61,419 nucleotides of DNA, from positions 122,114 to 183,532 of IMG/VR virus record IMGVR_UViG_3300035529_000070; one strand, written 5' to 3'. This document shows, in pieces, positions 1 to 10,172 of the stretch. Positions within the stretch are counted from its first letter, which is position 1; the number at the start of each line of letters is the position of its first letter. Both the position numbers and the translations under genes were made by a program. Origin of the DNA: a virus. The notes beneath the pieces were generated by a model. The model was given only the letters and a program-made list of their open reading frames with translations, was not told the origin of the DNA and did not search any database.

Positions 1-53
1 ACAGCTAATAAAGAAATAGCAAATACTACCAAATACATTATAATTTCACTCAT
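1..53 (-). CDS. Partial CDS (5' end only), hydrophobic N-terminus MSEIIMYLVVFAISLLA..., likely membrane protein
   Basis: ATG at 53 overlaps upstream stop (ATGA); GGAGGTG SD at ~62-68; runs off window edge. Confidence 0.55.
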   Translation of the reverse strand, partial: MSEIIMYLVVFAISLLA

Positions 54-601
54 TTGTCTTTCACCTCCGTATTTTGATGTTTCTCTTTATCTTCTTTTTC
101 ATCTTCATCATCTTCTGTTGTTTCTTCATCAATTAATTTAATTGGTTCTAACGGTTGCGCGTTATCTTCCATAAAGTTTTTAAGATTTGGTATATCAGTT
201 TCCTCATCATCTTCATCTTCTATATCTTGAAAAGGATCTTCATCTTTTGGTGTGTTTGTTTTTTCTTTCTTTTCTTCTTCTTTATTATTTTTAGAATCAT
301 CAGTTTTTTTCTCTTCATTTTCAATAGCTTCATAATATTCTAAAAATATAGTAACTCCCCCACTTGCAGAAGTAAAGACCTTTTTATCTAAAATTTGAAA
401 TTTATCATTTGGTCCACAATTGTTCATAATGTTTTCGTATACTTCTTTTTGTTCTTCACTAAAAAGCTTAAATTCATTACATTTATATCTATATTGTTTT
501 TTAAAATTCTCAAATACATCTTCGTTTACTGTTCTGGATAAAGCTATAGTAGCTGGATCCTTTTTTAGTTTAGAGATTATTTTCTTTTTCGATTCACTCA
601 T
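50..601 (-). CDS. Hypothetical phage protein with acidic low-complexity C-terminus
   Basis: 183-aa ORF, SD upstream, co-oriented downstream of portal. Confidence 0.7.
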   Translation of the reverse strand: MSESKKKIISKLKKDPATIALSRTVNEDVFENFKKQYRYKCNEFKLFSEEQKEVYENIMNNCGPNDKFQILDKKVFTSASGGVTIFLEYYEAIENEEKKTDDSKNNKEEEKKEKTNTPKDEDPFQDIEDEDDEETDIPNLKNFMEDNAQPLEPIKLIDEETTEDDEDEKEDKEKHQNTEVKDK

Positions 602-619
602 GCATTGTATCCCCCTTTT

Positions 620-2446
620 TTACATTTGACTTGCTTTGCCTTGTGGAGGCTTTTGCTCATTCATTTTCCTTTTATTTACTTCACCACTTGCATTAGATTG
701 TTGTGGTTGTTGTTGCCCAGGTTGAGTTAGTCCCATCAGTTGAGATAACACAGGGTCTTGTAACATTGCTCTTTGCATCGCTACTGCTGTATATTGATTT
801 GTTATTTGCATTAATATGTCATCTGGTATTTTATCAAATTGCCCTTTCATAACATAATTTGCGATCTCACCTAATTCTTGATTTTCAATAGCAGGAGCGT
901 CTCCTCCTGTTTGCATCATTTTTTGTGATTGAACTTGCCCAATAACTTGTTGTAATTGTTGATAATATTGAGTTTGAATTTGGACTTTAGCCTGATCTTC
1001 TGCTTCACTAACCATCTGTTTGGCTTCATAGTTATAATCAAAATCAAATTCTTCTAATAATGTTTTATCAGATATTTTATCTAATTGAGAAAGATTAATC
1101 AATAAGTCTTTCCTTATAGTATCATCAGCCATTTTGAAGTCTCTCAATTTGATTTTAATTTTAGGTAAATCAGTTAATTTGCTTATTTTATCAGTTAAAA
1201 AATAAAAAATTTTATCTAAACTACTTCTATAATTTAAGAAATGATTTTCTAACATTCTTAAAGAAACACTGCTACCAGACCATGATAATCCACCAAATAG
1301 AAATTCTCTTGGTACTCCCATGCCTGCAATAATTTCATTTATTGTAGAATCTATTTCTTGAAATACCATAAGTGCTTTAGCATCTCCACCTATTTTCCCT
1401 TCATGAATAGGCATTGGAAATGTATGAATAGCATTAGGGTTTTTCTCCCAATTTGATAAAGCTTGTTGTATTTTATTTTTCCAATTGTTCAAATTCATGC
1501 TACCAGTTATACCAGCTGGGCCTTGTATTCCCATTACCATATCGCTTGGCGGAGCCACATACCTTTTAGTCAATACATGATCTTCAGCAATTGCTGTTTG
1601 AGCTCTTCTAAGCATGTTCAAATAAAATATTTGGTTCATAACTGGTTGAATTGGTGGTAATCCCCATCCACCATATCTGGATGTAATACTTGGATATTTA
1701 GTATGTAATAAATTTTTACTATTTAATTTTAATTCATCATAATTTTTAATTATTGCATCTAACATCCATGTAGGAGTGTGCTTTAAGAAATCTATTTCTT
1801 CCTTTATCTTTTTCTTTTCTTCCTTTTCTATCTTATAATAATAAACCTTTTCATCTGTAAAAGAATTGTAATTAATTCTTATATTTAAAGGATTCCAAAA
1901 AATCATTTTGAAACCACTTGCATCATTAATTGTTTGTTGTTTAATTTGTACAGGAACTTTTTTCTTATGTTTTTCTGAATATATTAGAAGTTCTTCTCCT
2001 TTAATCTCCCAATTAGGGACTTCTCTTTTTTTATGAGTATTTTCATAATGATATTTCAAATCTAAAATATCATTTTGGTCATCTTTATTAATAAATATAT
2101 TTTTAAATGGAGGAAGTATAGTAGTAAAAACATTTCCGTAAGTATTATAATTTAACCCATACTCAATTAGCTTTTCTTTCACACCTATTTCATTAAAAAT
2201 TTCTTTATATTTTTCTTTTACCTTGTCATTATCTGTATTAAATTGAATTTCAGTGACTGGATATTCAGACATTTTATATATAATAGATGAAATAATATGA
2301 TTTGTTAAATAATAATATTGAGACATAACTAAAATAGAATGCATATCATCTGGCACATAAAAACTTAATGGGTCAAATCTTTTCCAATATTTATTTTTTA
2401 AATATTTGTAGTTTGTCGGCGAAGATAAACTATTTATTGTGTCCAT
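620..2446 (-). CDS. Portal protein
   Basis: 608 aa; portal-like motifs (YNTYGNVF, WNPLNIRI, GWGLPPI, IIAGMGVPREFLFG, ISDKTLLEEF), Q-rich tail; in structural operon. Confidence 0.75.
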   Translation of the reverse strand: MDTINSLSSPTNYKYLKNKYWKRFDPLSFYVPDDMHSILVMSQYYYLTNHIISSIIYKMSEYPVTEIQFNTDNDKVKEKYKEIFNEIGVKEKLIEYGLNYNTYGNVFTTILPPFKNIFINKDDQNDILDLKYHYENTHKKREVPNWEIKGEELLIYSEKHKKKVPVQIKQQTINDASGFKMIFWNPLNIRINYNSFTDEKVYYYKIEKEEKKKIKEEIDFLKHTPTWMLDAIIKNYDELKLNSKNLLHTKYPSITSRYGGWGLPPIQPVMNQIFYLNMLRRAQTAIAEDHVLTKRYVAPPSDMVMGIQGPAGITGSMNLNNWKNKIQQALSNWEKNPNAIHTFPMPIHEGKIGGDAKALMVFQEIDSTINEIIAGMGVPREFLFGGLSWSGSSVSLRMLENHFLNYRSSLDKIFYFLTDKISKLTDLPKIKIKLRDFKMADDTIRKDLLINLSQLDKISDKTLLEEFDFDYNYEAKQMVSEAEDQAKVQIQTQYYQQLQQVIGQVQSQKMMQTGGDAPAIENQELGEIANYVMKGQFDKIPDDILMQITNQYTAVAMQRAMLQDPVLSQLMGLTQPGQQQPQQSNASGEVNKRKMNEQKPPQGKASQM

Positions 2447-2462
2447 TATTTAAGCCCCCTTA

Positions 2463-3113
2463 TTACAACCATGTACTTTCTATAGAAAAATTGTTAAACT
2501 GTTTTAATGCTTTATCTAAAATATATATTTTTTTCAATTGTATTTCTTCCAATTCAGAGAACCCACCTCGGTTTAAAACATCAACTATATCGGGTCTATT
2601 TTGGATTTTCTCGTATTTATTCTCAATTTGTGTCCTTTCTATTGATCCTGGTAATTCGATTCCATAATAAGCCAATAACGGATGGCTGATTATTATTCCA
2701 AATTGTTTAGTCCACATTTGTCTTATATAACTTTTTACTTCTTCATTAAATTGTTTATTTGGCCTAAGTTTTTTGAGTAAGTCTAAAGTGACTATAAGTT
2801 CTATATCTTCAATTGGTTCTAAAGATTCTGTATCACCTAATCCATCTACTATAAAGTTTGCAATACTGTGAAAAACATGCCATTGTTCAAAGATCAAATT
2901 GGAAGTCAAAAGGGCTTTATAAGCCCTTAATTTATTTTTTAAACTTTCAGACATTTTAACTCCTAGATATTTAGAAATATAAAACTCTAAAGTATCTATG
3001 GAGTTATTAATGTCAATATTTATATTTTTTTTTGCAAAAAATTGTTTTAATAAATTAAATATTTTTTCTGGATGAATAGAATTAGGTTCTGTAATTATTG
3101 ATAAATCAGCCAT
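2463..3113 (-). CDS. Hypothetical virion-morphogenesis protein
   Basis: 216-aa ORF translationally coupled to upstream gene, between it and portal. Confidence 0.6.
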   Translation of the reverse strand: MADLSIITEPNSIHPEKIFNLLKQFFAKKNINIDINNSIDTLEFYISKYLGVKMSESLKNKLRAYKALLTSNLIFEQWHVFHSIANFIVDGLGDTESLEPIEDIELIVTLDLLKKLRPNKQFNEEVKSYIRQMWTKQFGIIISHPLLAYYGIELPGSIERTQIENKYEKIQNRPDIVDVLNRGGFSELEEIQLKKIYILDKALKQFNNFSIESTWL

Positions 3114-4201
3114 TAACCTCTAACGCTCCTTATTTTTTGCCAAATGGCATCTTGAGTTTCTATTGGTAGTTCAGGCCATATGACATCTGGGTTTTCTAAC
3201 AAAGCTTCAGCGGTATCTTCTTCTATTATACCGTCAAAATCATTAGAAACCAAATATAAATCATCTAAAGAGGGTTTTGCTGCTGCTGTTTTCTCTACTT
3301 CTAATTCATCTATCCAATTATTCATTGCTTCTTCAGGAGTACCTATGATAGCATAATACTTATCTAAAGATGCAACTTTATCAAGTTTTTCCATTCTTTC
3401 AGCAAATTCATCTGGTGTAAAATAGCTTGATACTTTGTATAATTTTTTATATCCTTCCTTGACTTTAGCACTAGATGCTAATTTTACCCTCTTTTCAACA
3501 ATTTCGTGTAAATTCTCTGGATAAATATTAACACCTGCATATTTGTTTAGTGGATTAGTTTCAGAAATATTGATATTATATTGTTTAGCTTTCTGCCTTA
3601 TATTTTTTGCTAAAGTTGTACGTTGTTTGGGTGGCAAATTTTTATACGTTTTGCCAAACATACTTATAGCGAATTGAACATGATTTTCATCATGCATAGG
3701 AAATTTTCTAACTTTTTTGCCATTGTTATTTATTACTAAGCCAAATGTTGAATCTGGCAAACTATTTCTTTCTTCTTTACCTAACTTAGCTGCTGTTTTT
3801 TTCATTTGCATATCTTCTACTGTCGGTACATTATCTTCTATAAAATGTATTACTGGATATTCTGGATTGAATTGTTTTGCAATATTAGCGTATTTAGACA
3901 AACCAAAAGGAATTTCTAATCCGTATTTGTTACCAGCAGACATTATTCTTTTAGCTACTTTATTAACACAATTCATAGGTAATTTGCTGGCATTTTTTTC
4001 AAAATATTCTATAGAAATACTTGTATTGGTTTCCGAATCTAAAGGATATTTAGGGTATGAATTCCCTTTGTGATCTCTGAAAATAACAGCATGTTTATTA
4101 TTAGGTGGTCTGTTTAAAGAAGCGGATTTCCTAATATCAGATGCGACTTTTTCAAAAGAATCGTCATACTGATCAAATATTTCCCCTACTAAATTAAACA
4201 T
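3113..4201 (-). CDS. Putative inner-head protein with two tandem ~60-aa domains (DUF6582-like ERNSLPDSTFG...RKFPMHDENHV) and multiple K-x-A sites
   Basis: Internal repeat PKYPLDSETN...KYGLEI / RKFPMHDENH...QYNINI; FEKVA, FEKNA, LSKYA, MKKTA, LNKYA, LDKVA, VEKTA. Confidence 0.55.
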   Translation of the reverse strand: MFNLVGEIFDQYDDSFEKVASDIRKSASLNRPPNNKHAVIFRDHKGNSYPKYPLDSETNTSISIEYFEKNASKLPMNCVNKVAKRIMSAGNKYGLEIPFGLSKYANIAKQFNPEYPVIHFIEDNVPTVEDMQMKKTAAKLGKEERNSLPDSTFGLVINNNGKKVRKFPMHDENHVQFAISMFGKTYKNLPPKQRTTLAKNIRQKAKQYNINISETNPLNKYAGVNIYPENLHEIVEKRVKLASSAKVKEGYKKLYKVSSYFTPDEFAERMEKLDKVASLDKYYAIIGTPEEAMNNWIDELEVEKTAAAKPSLDDLYLVSNDFDGIIEEDTAEALLENPDVIWPELPIETQDAIWQKIRSVRG

Positions 4202-4261
4202 CTAAATCACCTCATATCTTTATTTATAGTAGCGCGCAATACATTAGTTATCAGAATATAT

Positions 4262-4960
4262 TCAAGTTTGTGTCTCAGAGCTTTTTGGTGGTTCGTTTAT
4301 TGGATTTATCCTAGTAAAAGTAAATTGTAGATTTTCTGCTACCATTACATTATTAGACGACAAGCTCAATGAATAACTTCCCAAAAGAACATCTTTTAAT
4401 TCAATTATTTTTTTAGGATATTCCCCTATATTATCAAGCCCAGTTGTAGCCGTACCGCCACTAGAAGTTCCAACTGTTGTATCAAATTGAGTACCACTAC
4501 CATACATAGCTATAATTAATGATACTTCATTTGAAAACAATTGAGTTAACATACTGAATATTACTTTATTCTTTTTTGTTGTAGCATCATAAAATTCATC
4601 TGGAGAAGATGAACTTTTTATAAAATTGAAATATTTTAAAAGATTTCCTGTATTCATTTGCAATTTAGCTATAGATAAATTTCCACTTACCATACCTTCA
4701 GCAAAGTCAGAAAGATCAGATCCTATTTCAAAAAACCTTTGTAATTGTTTTGATTGATTCAAACTAAGATTTTGTATCATACCTACTGGGACTAAATCAT
4801 CTGCTTCTGTAAATTCTTTAACTATGTAATAATGTGATCCACCAGTATCTTTTTTAACTGGTAGCATTAACAAAAAATGACTACCTTTAACAAAATCAGA
4901 TGTGTTATATTCTTTTTGTTCTACAAACTCTTTCTTTGGGTTCCAAGCTGTATGTGCCAT
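4262..4960 (-). CDS. Tail tube-like protein (paralogue 2)
   Basis: VGMIQNLSLNQSKQLQRFFEIGS...GNLSIAKL...NVMVAENLQFTF, parallels neighbour; follows sheath. Confidence 0.65.
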   Translation of the reverse strand: MAHTAWNPKKEFVEQKEYNTSDFVKGSHFLLMLPVKKDTGGSHYYIVKEFTEADDLVPVGMIQNLSLNQSKQLQRFFEIGSDLSDFAEGMVSGNLSIAKLQMNTGNLLKYFNFIKSSSSPDEFYDATTKKNKVIFSMLTQLFSNEVSLIIAMYGSGTQFDTTVGTSSGGTATTGLDNIGEYPKKIIELKDVLLGSYSLSLSSNNVMVAENLQFTFTRINPINEPPKSSETQT

Positions 4961-4974
4961 CCTTCAAACACCTC

Positions 4975-5526
4975 CTAAGATATTGGAACATCGGTTATTT
5001 TGACAAATTGGAAAGAAGCTGATTCAATTACCATTGGTTGGCCGGCACTTATATTTAAACTCTTATTCTGTATTTTGGCTTTTTCAATTTTTGCTTTTCC
5101 CACTATAGAAGCACTTGATCCTGTCAAGTTATTCTTATCAGCTCCAGAAGTTGTTTTTGGATCAAAAGCATATATATATAAATCTGTAGCTTTACCGAAA
5201 GTGGATAATATATCCATTTCTAATCCACTAATATCATTATGTGTTGCAGATAAAATACCTTCTTCAAATAATAAAACTTTTGATAAACTGATACTCCCTT
5301 GAAATGGGCCCGGCAAATATTTAGGTAGTAAGCTTCCAATCTCAGAAACAGGTTGGTTCATTCTAGCTTCTTGCAATTGAAAATCTTGCAGCATACCTAT
5401 TGCTATTTGTGAACCATTACCATCATCTATGGCAATTGCAAATCTATATGAGGATAACAAATCAGATTCTTTTGGGCTTAACATTTTTTCAACATTCTGA
5501 TCTAATTTCCATTCTTTCATAGCCAT
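4975..5526 (-). CDS. Tail tube protein (paralogue 1)
   Basis: IGMLQDFQLQEARMNQPVSEIGS...GSISLSKV...MVIESASFQF; directly after sheath gene. Confidence 0.7.
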   Translation of the reverse strand: MAMKEWKLDQNVEKMLSPKESDLLSSYRFAIAIDDGNGSQIAIGMLQDFQLQEARMNQPVSEIGSLLPKYLPGPFQGSISLSKVLLFEEGILSATHNDISGLEMDILSTFGKATDLYIYAFDPKTTSGADKNNLTGSSASIVGKAKIEKAKIQNKSLNISAGQPMVIESASFQFVKITDVPIS

Positions 5527-5549
5527 CTAGTACACCTCCATATATCAAC

Positions 5550-5567
5550 GGGGGCTATGAAGCCCCC
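5550..5567. terminator. GC hairpin between sheath and tube genes (terminator/attenuator or stabiliser)
   Basis: GGGGGCT-ATGA-AGCCCCC; no strong U-tract. Confidence 0.4.
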
Positions 5568-5575
5568 TCTATAAT

Positions 5576-7579
5576 CTATCTTGATTGAACTTTAAGAGTT
5601 ATTGTTCCACCCTTCATAGGTAATTCAGGGAAATAATTTATTGTTATATTTACAAATTTAGGATTTTCAGGATCAACCCCGAAATCATCCACTCTTACAT
5701 TTTTGTTTATAAGGCCTAGTTCAGCATGTCTTACTAATCTTTCATTAACCATATCAACTATTAATCTTATAGAACTCATAGTAAGATTTTGTGTGTTCTT
5801 TAGCTTATTTTGAACTAAATCATTTATATCTTTGGAAGACCAGTCAACAGATGCTACTACCGAATGTTCGCTTCCTTTAACATCTAAAGTATCTGTTGTA
5901 ACTTGATCTACCAATGTTGGTAGTCCTTCTACCCCTTGTTCTAAAACCATAAAGCCTGAAGCAGATAAATTTTCAATTTGTGCTTCATTAAAATACAATC
6001 TATTATCTAATGGATAATATACTCCTGATATCATTGGCAATGTTTGGTAAGTCAATTGATTGTAAGGTGTTGTTTCGTTCATATATCTTGCATTCAATGA
6101 CATAATAGCTGCTGCTCCATAGACGCCAGGTACAGGATAAGCAAACCCATTATAATTTACCTTTATAACTGGATTAAAGAAAACGTTTAATCTTTTTTCA
6201 TTTACGCTATCAATCTTAGAAGTAACATCTTCCAATATAGCTGATTTATCATTAGTAGAGAAATTAACAGAAGCATCATTAAATCCGTTAAATCCTAAAG
6301 TAAATTTCACATAATCCATTTTACTTTCTCTAGTTTTAATAAATGAATTCACTTGAGGCAATATAGAGAAATTAGATAACATTATGTATGAATACATGTC
6401 TCTTTCTGCCAACATGTTCATTTTATCTTGAATATCAACCATATCATTTAAATCAAATATAGAATCATAATCATGGTCGCTAACTGTTGTTGCAGCAGCA
6501 TATACTCCTCGTCCTGAACCACTAATAACCAAATTACATCCATAAGATAAAGGGTTCAAAGGATGAATAGGTCCAAAGTTACTTTCTATATCATTTTTGT
6601 CTCCTATATATTTAAGAGATGTATATATTGGATTATCCACATTATATTCAACTATTAACTCTTTATCAGTCATACTATAAGAAGGATTGATGTAGATCAA
6701 ACCTCTCATAGGATCAACATAATATTCAGGATCTACAGCTGTGGACTCAGAAAAATCTCTATCTTGTAAAAAATCTGGATAATAAACAAACTCTTCTTCT
6801 ACATCTATTGGATTATCAGGGTCAGAATCATTGACATAAAAAGTTTTTACAGTCAAATAAGCTGTAGGGTTTGTTGATGAAAATTTTATAGGATTATCTT
6901 TTAACTCAAATACTGTTTGATTTGTCTCCATATTTCCCATTGCAGTAGAAAATGATTGAGTTTTAGATATAGTTTTCTTTTTTACTGCTTTATATTCTAC
7001 CAATATAGCAAAATTATTGTTTGATGTACCATCAGATTCAATAACAATAGGTTTAGTAGATCCTGCTAAATTATGTGGGGTTGGAACTGTTCCAGAACCA
7101 TTTTGATCTAATAATAAGCTAGGAATTATAATTTTATCTTTTGTTATTCCACCAATTACAATATTCCCTTGGTTATCATCCCATTCTGTTTCTTTAACTA
7201 CTTTAGTTATATCCACATAAGATACATCAATCCCTGGAACTTTTAGAGGTGGGAACCCTCTGAAATAATCTCTAGAAAAATTTCTAATTCCTATATCTAA
7301 AGATTCAGAAGCTGGAATTAAATAAATCTTAACAGAATCTAAATCCACTTCATCATATAATTCGTTTCTTTTTGGATATCCAATAACAGTGTTATTAGCT
7401 GCGCCTGTTTTATAATTTATTCTGTTTCCAGATGCATTTAAAACTAAAGCATCTTGTCCTTCAACTATAATGTTGCTTGCACCAATTATACCTGTTGGAA
7501 ACGCAGGTATTTGTGAATTTAATTGTTGTTCTTGTATATATTCTTGTTTTATGTTAAAACCTGGACTTCTATAAGCCAT
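5576..7579 (-). CDS. Contractile tail sheath protein
   Basis: Start MAYRSPGFNIKQE after GGAGGTG; PTGIIG; IESNFGPIHPLNPLSYG; C-terminal sheath domain (FNEAQIENLSASG, DQVTTD...EHSVV..VD, INYFPELPMKGGTITL). Confidence 0.85.
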   Translation of the reverse strand: MAYRSPGFNIKQEYIQEQQLNSQIPAFPTGIIGASNIIVEGQDALVLNASGNRINYKTGAANNTVIGYPKRNELYDEVDLDSVKIYLIPASESLDIGIRNFSRDYFRGFPPLKVPGIDVSYVDITKVVKETEWDDNQGNIVIGGITKDKIIIPSLLLDQNGSGTVPTPHNLAGSTKPIVIESDGTSNNNFAILVEYKAVKKKTISKTQSFSTAMGNMETNQTVFELKDNPIKFSSTNPTAYLTVKTFYVNDSDPDNPIDVEEEFVYYPDFLQDRDFSESTAVDPEYYVDPMRGLIYINPSYSMTDKELIVEYNVDNPIYTSLKYIGDKNDIESNFGPIHPLNPLSYGCNLVISGSGRGVYAAATTVSDHDYDSIFDLNDMVDIQDKMNMLAERDMYSYIMLSNFSILPQVNSFIKTRESKMDYVKFTLGFNGFNDASVNFSTNDKSAILEDVTSKIDSVNEKRLNVFFNPVIKVNYNGFAYPVPGVYGAAAIMSLNARYMNETTPYNQLTYQTLPMISGVYYPLDNRLYFNEAQIENLSASGFMVLEQGVEGLPTLVDQVTTDTLDVKGSEHSVVASVDWSSKDINDLVQNKLKNTQNLTMSSIRLIVDMVNERLVRHAELGLINKNVRVDDFGVDPENPKFVNITINYFPELPMKGGTITLKVQSR

Positions 7580-7658
7580 CGTACGTACACCTCCTATTTT
7601 ATTCAATACCATACACGATAAAATTTTACCATTTCTCTAATTAATAGTTAGTTTAATG

Positions 7659-8231
7659 TCAATCACTCTTTTTGTCGCTATTAGTTATAACTTTTATTCC
7701 TTCTAAAATTTCGTCAAAAACTTCAAAGTTCATTTTATAATCAAACAGTATATTAATTTGTAAAGGAATATTATATAAAGGATTACCGCCATTTTGTATA
7801 AGCATAGCAGAATTTACTCCCACAGGATCAACTTGATGAAAAAAATTCTCAAATGTAGTTTTATCTCGTTGAAGTTGCAAAAAATACTGGGTACTCAATC
7901 TATATCCTTCAACCTCATCAGGTGTTATAAAACTAACAATAGCATTTGTAGCCATCAAAAATGTATGTGGACCTGTTTTATATAATTGTGAACCAGTTTC
8001 ATTAGGAAAATAATTGGTAGCATCATTTATGCCTGTAACATCAACCAACACGACAACTCTTTTATTACCTTTACTATTAAACTCTACTGAGTTAAAAGCG
8101 AAACGTATATCAAATTCTTCCTCGTTCAATTCCATTACTTCAGACATAAAAAAAGTTAAATGTTTTATGAAAACTGACGCAATGTTCTCATGAAAAGACC
8201 AGTTAAATTCTTTTGGAGTCGTTGAATCCAC
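7659..8231 (-). CDS. Putative tail completion/terminator protein
   Basis: 190 aa, position between neck genes and sheath. Confidence 0.45.
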   Translation of the reverse strand: MDSTTPKEFNWSFHENIASVFIKHLTFFMSEVMELNEEEFDIRFAFNSVEFNSKGNKRVVVLVDVTGINDATNYFPNETGSQLYKTGPHTFLMATNAIVSFITPDEVEGYRLSTQYFLQLQRDKTTFENFFHQVDPVGVNSAMLIQNGGNPLYNIPLQINILFDYKMNFEVFDEILEGIKVITNSDKKSD

Positions 8232-8734
8232 GGTATCACCATCCCTAAATTTTGTCTAGCTTCCATTACAGATTCAGAAACACTATCGACAACTGTATCT
8301 CTTAAATAGTACCTGGCTTCTATTCCTGGATTCCACCAGCCACCACGTTCTAAGGATTCTTGGGAAACATATCTTATAATAGTTCTTCCATCATTTGTTT
8401 TAATCGGAACCCTTTTCCCTCTCAAATAAGTCATTTGCCTAGGGCTCGTTCCTTGTTCTAAATAGTTAAAAATTTTATTGCTGGATACTATTCTTACACC
8501 ACTTGCTTCAGAAGTAATGTTTATATCTTGAAGGAATTTTTTAATAGCTCTATTAGACAGTCTTCTATCTCTTAATAAAGTTATCCTAATATTTTCTATA
8601 ATATTTCTTGCAACGGCATTAGCTGATGTATAATTCGAATCAGCCCAAGTCAAAAGGTATGTAAGTTCGTTCCCTTTGTTTATTGTGTTCAAGGTGAACC
8701 GATAAGAATCTTCGTAAAATATCATATTTTTCAC
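8165..8734 (-). CDS. Putative neck/tail-completion protein (HK97 gp10-like)
   Basis: NYLEQGTSP...WWNPGIEARYYLRDTV resembles the YLExGT...PG...F motif of this class. Confidence 0.55.
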   Translation of the reverse strand: MKNMIFYEDSYRFTLNTINKGNELTYLLTWADSNYTSANAVARNIIENIRITLLRDRRLSNRAIKKFLQDINITSEASGVRIVSSNKIFNYLEQGTSPRQMTYLRGKRVPIKTNDGRTIIRYVSQESLERGGWWNPGIEARYYLRDTVVDSVSESVMEARQNLGMVIPWIQRLQKNLTGLFMRTLRQFS

Positions 8735-9509
8735 CTTCTTCCCCTAAGATAGATTGATATAAAATACTATTTAAATTAGTGATAGTTTTTGCAGCTGAAA
8801 TTTTAACTATTATATCGTGTGTGTCAAAGTATAGAAAATCGCCTTCATATGCTGGAATAGATAAAGCAGCTATCACATTAATTCTTTGATCTTTTAGCAT
8901 AGGCTTTTTATTATTAGTTTGATTAGAGTTTTTAGTATAAGTGCCATAAAAATCTATCCCTTTTAGGTATCCCCCTTTGAATCCTGTTCCATAACATATA
9001 TTACAATTTGGATTACCTGCTTTTTTTAAAGTCGGGTTATAGCATTCGCACAATTCCCCGCCTTTTCTAAGTTTGAACAGATAACCATGTACAGCCCCAC
9101 CATTTTTAAATTGTAGCTCAAGGGTCTCTCTCATCCTTTTAGTGACAAGATCTTCTTGCTCGTTTATAGATATGAACTCCGTTTTATATTCTTTGCCTGT
9201 CTTCGTATCAATCATAACAAGTTGATACCAAATATATCTATTGAAAAAATGGTGATCTTCTCTATATAATATGTCACGATAAAACTCTACAAAGTCAGGT
9301 AGTTTTATCTTTTTTATAATATCGCCAGGGGTGTCCAATGATCTGTACAAAAACACATCCCACCTATCGGCATCGAATTTATATTCATTATTAAATTCCC
9401 AAGTTAACATATAACCTAAAGGGTCTACAAATACTTGAAAGTCTTTAATATATTTCACATTTACCACCATCCCCAGCCTGTTACTCCTCCTGTATCGAAG
9501 ACACCCCAT
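8640..9509 (-). CDS. Putative head-closure/neck protein with Zn-finger
   Basis: CECY...CNICYGTGFKGGY motif; position after connector gene; true start probably ~9470. Confidence 0.55.
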   Translation of the reverse strand: MGCLRYRRSNRLGMVVNVKYIKDFQVFVDPLGYMLTWEFNNEYKFDADRWDVFLYRSLDTPGDIIKKIKLPDFVEFYRDILYREDHHFFNRYIWYQLVMIDTKTGKEYKTEFISINEQEDLVTKRMRETLELQFKNGGAVHGYLFKLRKGGELCECYNPTLKKAGNPNCNICYGTGFKGGYLKGIDFYGTYTKNSNQTNNKKPMLKDQRINVIAALSIPAYEGDFLYFDTHDIIVKISAAKTITNLNSILYQSILGEEGEKYDILRRFLSVHLEHNKQRERTYIPFDLG

Positions 9510-10111
9510 GCACTATCCATATTAGCTTGTCTTTTATATTCGTTTAAATAGTGCTGATATTTGGTGTTAAACATTTCAAACCATTTGTCAAAATGCTGAG
9601 TTTTATCTAAATTTATAGCTAATTCTCCGCCTTGCCATGGAACATTATTTCTTCCTGAAGCATCTGCAAGTCTTCTATAAGCATGGGATATAGATCCATA
9701 TATTATTATATTATCTATTTTCCCATATCCTTGTTCTAAAGTAAGTTTTTTAGTTAAAGGTGGTGTGAGGTTGAATTCTTTAAGTGTTTGTTTGATAAAT
9801 TCTATATATTGGCAATCTTTATAAAAGACTTTATTGAGTAACTTGTTGACTTCAGGATAGTCTCCAATTATAAGTCTTATAGCTTCTATATATTCTTTAT
9901 ATATTTTTGGTAAAGTCATATTTAATAGATTTACCATATATATTTGAGATTCAAATTCATCAGGAGCATCAGATTTTAATCTTGTCAAATTACTAAATCT
10001 AATCTCATCAACAAAAGTATTAGGTTTTATTAAATTAGTTAATTCTATAGTGTTCAGCATTGCCACATTATTAGTTGCGTATATTTCAGATGTACTCGTT
10101 TCAATAGGCAT
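9461..10111 (-). CDS. Putative head-tail connector (adaptor)
   Basis: IEAIRLIIGD helical motif typical of adaptors; position after capsid genes. Confidence 0.5.
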   Translation of the reverse strand: MPIETSTSEIYATNNVAMLNTIELTNLIKPNTFVDEIRFSNLTRLKSDAPDEFESQIYMVNLLNMTLPKIYKEYIEAIRLIIGDYPEVNKLLNKVFYKDCQYIEFIKQTLKEFNLTPPLTKKLTLEQGYGKIDNIIIYGSISHAYRRLADASGRNNVPWQGGELAINLDKTQHFDKWFEMFNTKYQHYLNEYKRQANMDSAWGVFDTGGVTGWGWW

Positions 10112-10172
10112 TACTACAACCCCCTTTAAAGAAAAAAGAGGACTTATATAAGCCCCCTTTTCTTATATATCA

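Noticed and set aside
4221-4228. T4 late promoter TATAAATA upstream of 3113-4201
   Set aside because: Not found ahead of the other structural operons; expected by chance in AT-rich DNA
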